The notes under the pieces were generated by a model. It ran no database searches and was not told where the DNA came from. It was given only the letters and a program-made list of their open reading frames with translations. The position numbers and the translations under genes were made by a program. DNA of 64,000 nucleotides from Octopus sinensis (lineage: Eukaryota), in the NCBI RefSeq assembly GCF_006345805.1, contig NC_043024.1, positions 1,736,001-1,800,000 of the forward strand, written 5' to 3'. Positions 12,201-26,100 of the stretch are shown in pieces (the first letter of the stretch is position 1; each line of letters opens with the position of its first letter).

Positions 12201-15176
12201 TGTAGAATTGCTGTCCATATACACACCTCATACAATCTTCCTTTCACCCAGAGAGAGAAATCTTTCATGGCCAACAGAGGTAACAGCTCTCTGAATTTCC
12301 TCCCTCCTGTTCTTATTGTGGCTGTCACACTCTCCGTGCATCCTCCCCCACTACTAATTTGGTCCCCTAGGTAGTAGAAATTATCTACTACCGCTAAAAT
12401 AAACCACCAACTGAAAACCATGTGCACAGGAACAAATTATATACAAATCAGATTGGAGCCTAGTGCAGCTCCCCAGCTTGCCAGCCCTGGTCAAACCGTC
12501 CAACCCATGCCAGCATGGACATCATCATCATCATCATCATCGTTTAGCGTCCGCTTTCCATGCTAGCATGGGTTGGACGGTTCTACTGGGGTCTGTGAAG
12601 CCAGAAGGCTGCATCAGGCCCAGTCTGATCCGGCAGTGTTTCTACGGCTGGGTGCCCTTCCTAACGCCAACCACTCTGTGAGTGTAGTGGGTGCTTTTTA
12701 CATGCCACCCGAACAGGTGCCAGACAGAGCTGGCAAACGGCCACGAACGGATGGTGCTTTTTATGTGCCACCAGCACGAGGGCCAGGCGAATGGATGCTA
12801 AATGATGATGATGATGATGATATGAAAGTACACTTTCTCTTTCTCCTCTACTCTCTAGACATATTAATCCCACACCCAAAGGAATCGGAAGAACTGACCG
12901 TCACTGCTGATCTCCTTCCTGAACTACAGACCAGAGTAGTAAGTATGGCTCACTCTGTGTTTCTATAGTATTAATATCTATTAATTGGTGGTTGGTACAC
13001 CATATTTCGTTTTGCAACCATAATATACCAAACACTTTATAAGTTAACACTGTATCTTACTTTGTATTAATAATGTGTTGATTTCATTTTTTAAGTGTAT
13101 CTCTATAGATTAGAGCCAGCACCGAGAGTTATGACATTTCACATATGAATACATCTATGTAAACAATGCAACTGGAGATAGAAAAGCAATGGGTGTATAT
13201 GCATATTTCAGGAGTTCTTGCTTCCTCAGAGGAATTGTCTTGAATGGAACTTGGTCCAAAAAACGGTTGGGGATCGCTGCTGTGCACCAAAGCATTAGAT
13301 TTTATTTACTAATTATCATTTGTCTTTAATTACAGATTGGCAGTTATTCTGACTATGAGACTGAACATGAAGTGTCCTGTGTCTCGTTAAAGGTAATTAT
13401 ACTGTCTAAGGGGATATACCCCGCTTCTTTTTATCAGTACCATTCATGTAGGGGTCATCATTTTATCATCATTTTATCATACCTATTTCTTTACTACCCA
13501 CAAGGGGCTAAACATAGAGAGGACAAATGGATTAAGTCGATTACATCAACCCCAGTGCGTAACTGGTACTTATTTAATCGACCCTGAAAGGATGAAAGGC
13601 AAAGTCGACCTCGGCAGAATTTGAACTCAGAACGTAGCGGCAGACGAAATATGGCTACGCATTTCGCCCGCCGTGCTAACGTTTCTGCCAGCTTGCCGCC
13701 TTTTATCATACCATTTATATACACCCATTCCTGCATCAGGTGCAACGGGTACATGTTAGTAAAGTAGGTACTGTCTTGTGTACTGGGACTCGTACAACCA
13801 GTAAATTGGTTCGCAACCACATGGTTCCGGGTTCAGTCCCACTGTGTGACACATTGGGCAAGTATCTTGTACTATAGCCTCAGGTTGGCCAAAGTCTTGT
13901 GAGGGGATTTGGCAGATGGAAACTGAAAGAAGCCTGTTGTATATATATATATCATCATCATCATCGTTTAACATCCGCTTTCCATGCTAGCATGGGTTGG
14001 ACAATTTGACTGAGGACTGGCGGACCAGATGGCTGCACCAGGCTCCAATCTGATCTGGCAATGTTTCTACAGCTGGATGCCCTTCCTAACGCCAACCACT
14101 CCGAGAGTGTAGTTGGTGTTTTTATGTGCCACCAGTACAAGAGCCAGTCAGTGAGGAAGGAGGTGAATGTAGGGCCAGCATGGGTCTCTATGGTTTCAGC
14201 CAGCAGAAGTGGATGGATGTGTGTAGGTGTGTGAGCTAGAAAGGGAATTAGTCATAAGTTCTAGTGATAGGTCAGACAGGTAGGACACGTCTCAGATTTA
14301 ATCCAGCTGGACAGTCAACCCTGAGATGTAGGTCAATCACATTTTGTTCCTCATATTTACAGTTCCCTATATTACACTTTCCTTTATTCAACAGCCATCC
14401 TTACTCTGCTTTATTCCAATGCCCTGCAACCTTTTTCCACCTGTGGCACACTTGTATTATTTTCAAATTTTGGTGGCACACCTAGACTGAAAATGTAACT
14501 AGAAAAAAAAAAAAAAATTACATTCAGGTTACACTGCGGCACCTGCGATGGACTGGCGTCCCGTCCAGCTGGGGAACACATATGCCATTGAAACCGAGAA
14601 ACCGGGCCCATGAACCTGGCTAGGCTTTCAAAAGGGCGCATTTTACATTTTTTTACACTGCGGAACACCTAGCATCGCCTCATGGCACACTAGTTTCCGC
14701 GGCGATGCTAGGTGTGCTTTATTCAACAGCTATCATTACTGTGCTTTCATCAATTGCTTCCATTATAGATTGTGTTCAAGTGCAAAACTGTTCTGGAGAA
14801 TGTGAACTGCCAGATCTGTGTTGGGAACCACATAACTGCTGAGAAACCAGAATTCCACCTCAGCAAACTGGGTGAGTTTCAAATTTCTTATATGAGGGTC
14901 TGCTGAAAAATGTTCCTGGCTTTAAGGGTGTCACAAAAGGCCTGGCTGGAGGGCCAACTTCCGAGTTCTTTTAAAGGGTTTAGAAAAACTGAAGGATCGC
15001 TGCAATATCTGGGTGAATCTGAGAGGGGAATATGTGGAATAAAACCATAAAATCATAATTAACTGACCATTCTGTATTTTCTTTTTCCCAACGCCAGGAG
15101 CTTTTCAGCCCCACCTCATATATACACATTCATTCATTCATTTCTCTCTTAAGTGCTTCTACCTCTCCAAGAAATC

Positions 15177-15216
<40 letters not shown>

Positions 15217-15681
15217 GGGGGTCTGAAAAGTTTGTGGCTTTAAGGGTGTCACGAAAGGCCTGGCTGGAGGGCCAACCTTCTGAGTTCTTTTACTGGGCTT
15301 AGAAAATCTGAAGGACCATTGCAATGAGTGTGTGAATCTGAGAGGGGAATATGGTGAATAAAATCATAATTAAGTGATCCTCCTGTATTTTCTGTTGCCC
15401 ACAGCCAGCAGCATTTCAGCCCCACCCGCTCAGGGTTGTTGTTGTTTAGCTATTGGTCAGTGTTGGTCCATAAGAAGCAAGCACGTAATGTCTTCATTGG
15501 TTGATGTCCACTTTCCGTGCTAGCATGTGACCGGCATTTGTTGGAGGCAGGTTCTCTACAGTTGGGTGCCCTTCCTGTTGCCAACCAAAGTTATATTTCC
15601 CTCATGGCTGGACATAGTTTCACAGAAGGTTGCAAACAGTTGACACCACTTGTACGACAGTGATGCTTATTTACAACAATC

Positions 15682-15722
<41 letters not shown>

Positions 15723-17484
15723 ATGCATGCACTCACACGCACACACAAAATCACGAACACACACAAACAAACAAACACACATACATACTTATTTCTTAAC
15801 TACCCACGAGGGGCTACACACAGAGGGGACAAACATGGACATACAAACGGATTAAGTCGATTATATCGACCCCAGTGCGTAACTAGTACTTGTCTAATCG
15901 ACCCCGAAGAGATGAAAGGCAAAGTCGACCTCAGCAGAATTTGAACTCACAACGTAATGGCAGACAAAATACCGCTAAGCGTTTCGCCGGGCGTGCTAAC
16001 GTTTCTGCCAGCTCGCCGCCTTTAAAAACATACACACATACTAGCAAATGGAAGGACATAGGACCATGGAAAATCTGCATGTCATCATGAAAAAGCTCGG
16101 AATTTTCTTTGTTAGGATACTTGAAAGAGTGGGTTTACGTCAACAAACTGGAAACCCTGGTGCAACCGAAGGACAACATCAATAGATAAATCAGAGAAGT
16201 GGGATCTGAAATTCTTGAGGGTTTTATGGTGCAGGTTTGGGGAAGAACACGGGCGTGCAATGCCGAAAATGGCCGCCATTTAAACGATGTCATGCTTCGT
16301 ATGTGATGTAGGGGTGTTGCAAAATTTGACTCGCGCATATTAATTTCCATTATGTCCTTTATATTGTATCAAAATTTCATGCATTTGTTTGTAAAGTTGA
16401 GGAAGTTATTAAGAATTGAAACCCACCTGTGACTTTTGAGACATCAAATCATATTTATAGCAATGCTTGAAGCAGGTCCAAGGGAAACAACTCTTGTAGT
16501 TAAAAGTTATCTCCCTTGGATTTTTGGTTTCGAAATAAATTCATGATTATCACTTTGATTATTTTCCTTTCCTCGCTACGAAATGTTCGATTTTAATTAA
16601 CCAGGGAGAAAAAAAAAAAAGGGAACTCCCCCCCTGACCTGCTTTAATTATTCAGTGTCCATTTTATTTTTTTTAGATGATTTGCGGAATTTGTTCCGGC
16701 TCTTTACGTTCCGAGTTCAAACTCCGCCTTTGACAACTTCGCATTTTATCTCTCAGGTGGCAATTAAAATGAAATACCAGTCGAATACTGGGGGGTCGAT
16801 GGTATCGACTGACACTACCCACCCTACCCATCACATTCGCAAACATTTGCTCTGGTTCTCTACGTCCCAAATACAAATTTACCTTTCACTCTCCCGCTCC
16901 CTCCCGACGGGGTCGGGGATTTACTGTGAGGTACAGAGATTAACTTGTTTCAAATCTCCTCCTCTTCGTCATTGTGGTCGTCAAGAAGGCAGAATCGTTT
17001 GCATTATACTGGACAAAACGTTAGCAGCCTTCCTTCTGACTCTGGGGTCGATGTAATCGACTTAATCCCTTCCCTCAAATTTGAGACCATGTGCTTCTAG
17101 TAGAAAGGATTATTATTATTATTATTGTTATTGTTTTGTTATTATTATTATATTATTATTATTATTATTATTATTATTTTGCTTTATATTTGTACAAGTT
17201 GGCTCCAAGTCTCACCCAGAGACTTCAAGAGACAACAGGATGGAAGTTCATGCCTAGTGTGCCATATATTTGTTGTTTTTTTTGGTGTTGTACTAGTGAA
17301 TATCTAGAAAAAAAAAAATTATGTTTGTTTTAAACCTTGAGATTACATAGAAAGTATTTTGTGTAGGATATGAGCAGTTCCCATGAGCATTATATTTTGA
17401 ATTTCTGCCATTTTTGGGTTTCCTGGTATCTGAGTTAGGTAGCAATCAGCCCCTTTTGCTATCATTCCCAGGGCACCTATGACA

Positions 17485-17517
<33 letters not shown>

Positions 17518-19540
17518 GTTATTATTACATTGCTCTAATTGGTATTTCTCTCTTCTTCTGCCCCACAGAGCCGAATCGACCCCATGAAACCATTATGTGT
17601 GTGTATCCTTCCTCATTAGACCTGCCGACCAGCCTAGCTGTCCAAGTTTGCACCAGTTACCTGCGACCATCTTCAGGTAAGCAAACAATGTCCATTTCAT
17701 ACAATGCTCTGTCTGAAATCATCGTAGTCATTACCAGAAATCTGGTAACGAACAGGGTTAATGACAACAAAGTTGTTTCCCTAAATTCTTCATTATTCCC
17801 AAAATTAATTGAACCAAAGACTGTGTATTTCAAGAGAAATAAGGCAATGAAAGGGTTATCAGGGGTTCCATAAAAGGTCAGAACAGAGGATAAAATGTTG
17901 TTGTTACTGTTGTTGTTGTTAATGCCACATTGTCTGTAATTTCAGGAAGCAGTCGACGAGTGGTGACTGATCTGAGACTACCACTCCGTTTAGTCGTGAA
18001 GCCAGCAGTTCCAATGAAGAACGCAAACTACAAGATCACCATTGACTCAAACAAAGCATCTTTGAATTTAAACAAGATTTTCCCAGGTTCTTCACCCTTT
18101 TTTTCCTTCCTTTCTTTCCTCTCTACATCATTCTCCTTGGATTACGTCTTCTTTCTTTCTCTTGTTTCAGTCGTTTGACTGCGACCATGCTGGGGCACCA
18201 CCTTCAAAGGTTTAGGTCTACAGGTTTATTCTCGAACCCTTTGCCTATCCAAAGTATTTTCATAAGGTTGTCCTAAGCATCCTTGCTTGTTTTCAAACTT
18301 TCAGTCAGACCTTGTTTCACACATTCTGACTAATATAAAGCTTTCATTGTGGCTGGAAAAAAAATGGGAATGTATATCATATATAAAGCATGAACACCAC
18401 TCATTATAGATGTGTTATAGTCATACTATTTAGCTCTGTTTTGTTTTGGGCCACAGGCCCAATTAGCCCTCTGCAGGAGCTATTTTAAGTTAGTCAATAA
18501 TAAAACAAGTTTGAAAACCACATTTTGTCCTTTCCTGAGCATCCAATAATGCTGTACTTATTCCACATCCACATGTTGTTGCTTTTTTTGCTTGTTCATG
18601 TTTGGATTGACTGAACCCATGGCCTTCTACATGGGATGTAGCCAGCCCACTTATGCATACCTTCTCTTCTTGGGACACAAAACTCTACTTGTGAAGACCT
18701 GTTGAGGCAAGTGAGAATCAGAATCAGAATCGAAATCGATCAATGGAAATTGTAGCAGAGTTACCAGTGCCGGTGGCACGTAAGAGAACCATCTGAATGT
18801 GGCCGTTGCCAGCACTGCCCCAACTGGCCTCGTGCCGGTGGCACGTAAAAAGCACCATCCGATCGTGGCCATTTGCCAAACTCGTCTGGCACCTGTGCCG
18901 GTGGCACGTAAAAAGCACCCACTACACTCACGGAGTGGTTGGTGTTAGGAAGGGCATCCAGCCGTAGAAACATTGCCAGATCAAACTGGGCCTGGTGCAG
19001 CCTTCTGGCTTCCCAGACCCCAGTTGAACCGTCCAACCCATGCTAGCATGGAAAGCGGACGCTAAACGATGATGATGATATACATGGTTTTGGGTTCAGT
19101 CCCACTGCATGGCACTTTGGGCGGGTGTCTTCCGCTATAGACCCGAGCCGACCGGAGCTTTGTGTTTGAATTCGGTAGGCGGAAGTTACTGCCGTGTGTG
19201 TATGTGTGCGTATAGCTGCTCAGTGCCTCTCCGAAAGAGAAAGAGGGATATATCGCCTTACTGGCACGTGTGCTGATGGCATGTGTAAAAGATTCGAGCG
19301 AGGTCGTTGCCAGTACCGCCTGCCTGCCCCATGCCGGTGGCATGTAAAAAGCACCCACTACACTCTCGGAGTTGTTGGCGTTAGAAAGGGCATCCAGCTG
19401 TAGAAACTCTGCCAGATCAGATTGGAGCCTGTTGTAGCGATCTGGTTCACCAGCCCTCAGTCAAAATCGTCCAACCCATGCTAGCATGGAAAGCGGACGT
19501 TAAACGATGATGATACATACACACACACACACACACACAT

Positions 19541-19594
<54 letters not shown>

Positions 19595-20319
19595 TTTGGA
19601 AATTATAAGATTTTTCTAGACAGCAAAGACTTTAATAATTGATTTCTTTTAGTAAAATTTACGTTATCACAACTAATTAATAAGCTGCTTTTCTTTATTA
19701 AATGTTTCCGTTTAATGAACATTCATTTAACCAGTTTAATTGATATCTTGTTTCTGTCTGTGTGTCAGATTTAACAGATCCTAGTGGCTCAGGTTCCAAC
19801 TCAGTGGTGGGCTGTGAATACCTCAACGGGACGATTGTTACAATTCTTGCTTCAAAGTCAGGTATGTGTGAGGTCACAATCTATCCAAAGAATTCACTAC
19901 TCATTTTTTATGTTTTCTTTCTTTCTCTCTTCCTTTCTTTCTTTCTTTCACCTCTCACATTTCTCCTTTCCCTCTCTTTCTCTCTCTCCTCCCTCTCATT
20001 TTATAATTCTACTTTTTTCTACAATTTTTTTGATTATTTTTTTATCATTTCCTTAACATCTCCTTCTAACAAAAGAAAACTTTTCCTGATAATAATACAG
20101 ACCCTTTCTGCACAAGGCTTGAAATTAGATGGGAGGGGATTAAGTCGATTACATCGACCTCCAGTGTTTCACTGATACTTAATTTATTGACCCCGACAGG
20201 ATGAAAGGCAAAGTCAACCTCGGTGGAATTTGAACTCAGAATGTGGCAGCAAATGAAATACCACTGAGCATTTCACTCGGTGTGCTAACAATTGTGCCAG
20301 CTCACCATCTTCAATAATG

Positions 20320-20350
<31 letters not shown>

Positions 20351-22104
20351 CTGTTGTACTTGTATTTCAAAGGGCCAGTCTTGTCACACTTTGTGTCATG
20401 CTGAATCTCCCCAAGAACTACGTTAAGGGTACACGTGTCTGTGGAGTGCTCAGCCACTTGCACGTTAATAAATGAGTTGCGATGTCACTGGTGCCAAGCT
20501 GTATTGGCCCCTTTGCCTTTCCTTTGGATAACATCGGTGGCATGAAGAGGGGAGGTTGGTATGCATGGGTGACTGCTGGTCTTCCATAAACAACCTTGCC
20601 CAGACTTGTGACTAGGAGGGTAACTTTCTAGGTGCAATCCCATGGTCATTTGTGACCGAAGGGGTCACAGCAAATAATAATCTCTCTATATATAAAGCTG
20701 AAGTTGTCTGTGTATGGCAGGTTTGGTAGCCTTCAACTAACACTATCTCCTCCAAGACCCTGTGGCGCAAGTTGACCATAATTTAGAGTATGATAGAAGA
20801 AGGCTTGCTCTTCCTTCCGTAGAAAAATTCAAATCGGACCATGTTAGCACTAAAAATTATTTACATCAAAAAGGTGCTTTTTTTCTATGAAAATCCCTAT
20901 TTTTTACGATTTTTTCACTGCTGTGTCACCATTTTTCGGTGTATTTCAACCAGAAAACTGTTCAGTTAAAGAGAATAACAAGATACATAATGCAAAATTT
21001 TTACTTTTCAAAAATTCCAATTCTAAAGGGTCGAAACAAACCCGAGCAACGCCGGGCGATACTGCTAGTTATTAAATATAATAATAACGATCTGTTGTGT
21101 AATTATGTAAAAATGACGTGTTTCTTTTTTTTATATCTGGTTGCAGATCGTTACCGGATCCAGTGTGATAAATTTGAAGCGATGTACATTTTGTGCGAGG
21201 AATTAGTGCGGAGGCTGAAGAAGAACTTTGAGCACGACAGAAACAGTGATTTCAAGCTGGGATTTAGCAGCCATCTTCCTCTCCCGGAGTATTTTGAACT
21301 GATCAACATACATTTAGAGGTTTGGATCATCGTTTTTTTTTTCTTACATATCCATAGGCGCAGGAGTGGCTGTGTGGTAAGTAGCTTGCTAACCAACCAC
21401 ATGGTTCCGGGTTCAGTCCCACTGCATGGCATCTTGGGCAAGTGTCTTCTGCTATAGCCCCGGGCCGACCAATGCCTTGTGAGTGGATTTGGTAGACGGA
21501 AACTGAAAGAAGCCTGTCGTATATATGTATGTATATGTATATATGTATGTGTGTGTATGTTTGTGTGTCTGTGTTTGTCCCCCTAGCATTGCTTGACAAC
21601 CGATGCTGGTGTGTTTACGTCCCCGTCACTTAGCGGTTCGGCAAAAAGAGACCGATGGAATAAGTACTGGGCTTACAAAGAATAAGTCCCGGGGTCGATT
21701 TGCTCGACTAAAGGCGGTGCTCCAGCATGGCCGCAGTCAAATGACTGAAACAAGTAAAAGAGAGTAAAGAGTATATATGGTTGTGTGGTTTAAGAAGCAC
21801 ACTCTGCAACCACGAGGTTTCCGGTTCAGTTCCGCTGCACAGCACATTGAGTAAATGTTTTATACTATGGCCCCCAGGTTGACTAATGCCTTATGAATGA
21901 AACTGCTAAACGAAAACTGTGAGGAAGCCCATTGTGTGTGTGTGTGTGTATATTATACAGTATGGCCCAAAAGTCATGCACCAAAACATTTGACATTTCA
22001 TTTATATTACATCATCGTCGTCATCATCATCATCATCATCATCATAATCATCATCATCATTATTATCATCATCATCATCATCAGCATCATCATCACCACC
22101 ACCC

Positions 22105-22137
<33 letters not shown>

Positions 22138-22990
22138 AGATGGTGAGCTGGCAGAATCATTACCGCACTGGGCAAAATGCTTAGTGGCATTTTGTCCATC
22201 CTTACATTCTGAGTTCAAATTCCACCAAGGTCAACCTTGCCTTTTATCTTCTCGGGATCGATGAAATAAGTACCAGTTACGCATTGGGGTTGATGTAATC
22301 AATTAGTTTCTGCCCACCCACCCCAATATTTCAGCCCTCATGCCTATAGTAGAAAGGGTTATTATTGTTATTATTGTTATTATTAAAAGCTGGTGCCACG
22401 TAAAAGCACCCAGTGCACTCTATGGGGTGGTCGGTGTTAGGAAGGGCCAAAACACACTCAGAAGTATGGTGCAGCTTGCCAGCCTTGCCAGCTCTGGTCA
22501 AACTCTCCAACCCATGCCAGCATGGACAACGGATATTAGATGATGATGACGATGATGATGATGGGGATGATGATTATGGTTATGATGATGATGATGAGGA
22601 GGAGGGTGGTGGTGATGAGGAAGACGAGGATGATGATGATGGTGATGACGATGAGGATGTTGGTGATGAGGAAGATAAGGATGGTGATGATGGTGATGGT
22701 GATGATGGTGATGGGGATGATGATGATGATGATGATGAAGAGGATGATGATGGTGATGACGATGAGGATGTTGGTGATGAGGAAGATGAGGATGATGATG
22801 ATGGTGATGGGGATGATGATGATGATGATGATGAAGAGGATGATGATGATGGTGATGACGAGGATGTTGGTGATGAGGAAGATGAGGATGATGATGATGG
22901 TGATGGGGATGATGATGATGGTGATGGGGATGATGATGGTGATGACGATGAGGATGTTGGTGATGAGGAAGACGAGGATGATGGTGATGG

Positions 22991-23024
<34 letters not shown>

Positions 23025-23067
23025 GAGGATGATGATGATGATGAAGAGGATGATGATGATGATGAAG

Positions 23068-23117
<50 letters not shown>

Positions 23118-26100
23118 GAGGATGATGATGATGATGAAGAGGATGATAGATAAGCAATAATTGTTATTTTGGGGTAAGAATTTTGCTCTTCTGTTCCTTG
23201 TTTTTTTTCTTTTTCTGTTGTTTTTTTCTTTTCCCCCTTTACCGTTTCAATCTTTTACCATTCCAACATGTTGCAGCATCGTCAAGAAGTGGAACGTTGC
23301 AAAGAGGAGCTGGCGACGAAGGCGGCGCAGTTCCGTGCCATTCAGAGGCGTCTCTTAATCAAATACAAGGACAAGTCCCCTTTGCATCTTGTCGGGTTGG
23401 ACATCCTTCTGGAAGAAACCTACCATCAGGTGAGCAATCATTCATGTTGCTGTTGTTGTTGTTGTTGATGTTTACTTTAGCACACCAACTCTGATTTGTC
23501 AGTGGCATTCCGGCCATGACTGTTCTATCTATTTGCTGTGGTGCAGGCATCGCTGTGTGGTTAAGAAGCTTGGTTTGGAACCATGCAGTTTTGGGGTGCA
23601 CAACCACCAGAGCTACCCCCCACAAAAAAAACACCACCACCAACACCACCACCACAATCACTAACATCAGCGCCACCATTAACACCACTACCAGCACCAG
23701 CGCCACTACCAGCACTACCCCACTAAAAAAAAAGCACCAATGCCATCACCATCATTAGCACCATCACCACAACCATCATCATTACCACCATCACCACCAC
23801 CCCCACCACTACCACACAGCCACCATCACCACCACCGCTGCCACCGCCACCACCACAGGCACCACCACGAACACCACAATCACTACCACCACCACCACAG
23901 GCACCACCATGAACAACATCACCACCACCATCATCACAAGTACTACCACGACTGCCATCATCACCACCTCCACCACCACCACCACCTCCACCACAGCCAC
24001 CATCACCACTACCTCCACCACCACCACCATCATAAACACCATCACCACCAACACCACCACCACAGGCACCACCATGAACACCACCACCACCACCACCACC
24101 ATCACAAGTACTACCACGACTGCCATCACCACCACCTTCCCCCACCACTACCACCTCCCCCAACAACCACCGTCACCACCATCGTCTCTCACTAGCACCA
24201 CCATACTTAATGAATAACACGTAGTTACCATCAAATGTATGTTGCATTTACCTCATTGCAGATCCTTCTTCTGTCTGAAATGATCGAAGGGAACCAGCGG
24301 GAGCTGGAACTGGCCTCTGACCATCTCAGCTGTGGCACGTCTCTCTTAAATCTCCTCATACGGCTTTGGTACCCGGGTCACATGACTGACCAGGAGTTTG
24401 CTGTCCTTAACACAGTTCTCTCCCCCATCATCAATAACAACAGCCATCAGGTACGTCCTCCCCTACTATGTTTTTCAGCTCATTCCACCTCTACTGCATT
24501 CTAAGCTCTTCATCTCTCGTTTCCTAATCTTGTGGGCTTGTGGGTGCCAGTGGCATGTAAAAGGCACCTGTACTGGTGCTACATAAATAGCACCCAGTAC
24601 ACTCTCTGAAGTGGTTGGCGTTAGGAAGGGCAACCAGCTGTAGAAACCATGTCACAACAGAGAGCAAAGCATGGTGCAGCCTTCTGCCTGGCCAGGTCCG
24701 GTCAAACCATCCAACCCATGCCAGCATGGAAAACAGACATTAAATGATGATAATGATGATATTTATGATGGCAGAAACATTAGCACGCCGGGTGAAATGC
24801 CTAGCAGTATTTCGTCTGCTGTTACGTTGTGAGTTCAAATTCCGCCGAGGTTGATTTTGCCTTTCATCCTTTCGGGAGCAATGAATTAAGTACCAGTTAT
24901 GCACTGGGGTCAATATAATTGACTTAATCCATTTGTCCTTGTTTGTCCACTTTATGTTTAGCCCCTTGTGGGTAGTAAAGAAATAGGTATTTATGATGAT
25001 TGTCCATCCGTGGACTAAGACCGTCACTGGTCATTAAGACTATTGTGCACTCAAACTTACACTTCACACTTGTGGCTCCACCTGTGACTGGTGAGCCCAG
25101 CCCAAGATAAACTTGTACGTCTGTATATATAGATTGCAGACTAAACTTTCCCCATTCACTTTGCTGCTTGTGTGTTTCCAAGCTGTTGCTTTAAGCTTTC
25201 AGATTTCTCCGTCAAATGCTTTGTTTATTTATTCTCATCATTTTCAATGCATCATGCATCATCTTGTAGCTTTGAAATTTTAACACCGACATTGGCCACG
25301 ACTACAAACCACAGGCTTCAATCATAGTTGTGGTCGATGCCGGTGTTTCGTAACTGGAACCCGTGCTGGTGGCATGTAAAAAGCACCCACGACACTTTCA
25401 GAGTGGTTGGCATTAGGAAGGGCATCCAGCTGTAGAAACCTTACCAGATTCAGATTGGAGTTTGGTGCAGCTCCTCAACTTATCAGTTCTCAGTTAAACT
25501 ATCCAACCCATACCAGCATGGAAAACAGATGCCAAAGGATGATGATGATGATGATTCATTGTTTAATGTTCTCCTTCCATGCTGACATGGGTTTGATGGT
25601 TTGACAGGCGCTGGCCAGGCAGGAGCCTACACCTTGCTCCTGAGTATTTTTGGCATGTCTGTTTGTCTTAACATCTGTTTGTCTTCACATCTGTTTGTCT
25701 TCACATCTGTTTGTCTTCACATCTGTTTGTCTTCACATCTGTTTGTTTTCACATCTGTTTGTCTTCACATCTGTTTGTCTTCACATCTGTTTGTCTTCAC
25801 ATCTGTTTGTCTTCACATCCGTTTGTTTTCACATCTGTTTGTCTTCACATCTGTTTGTCTTCACATCTGTTTGTCTTTACATCTGTTTGTCTTCACATCT
25901 GTTTGTCTTCACATCTGTTTGTCTTCACATCTGTTTGTCTTCACATCTGTTTGTCTTCACATCTGTTTGTCTTCACATCTGTTTGTCTTTACATCTGTTT
26001 GTCTTTACATCTGTTTGTCTTCACATCTGTTTGTTTTCACATCTGTTTGTCTTCACATCTGTTTGACTTCACATCTGTTTGTCTTCACATCTGTTTGTCT

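Noticed and set aside
20939-21457. 172-aa ORF
   Set aside because: Chance fusion of Helitron end, BBS9 exon 17 and a SINE head
22413-23160. Poly-Asp/Glu, poly-His and poly-Met ORFs
   Set aside because: All frames of a (GAT)n tract in intron 17; no splice signals linking them to BBS9
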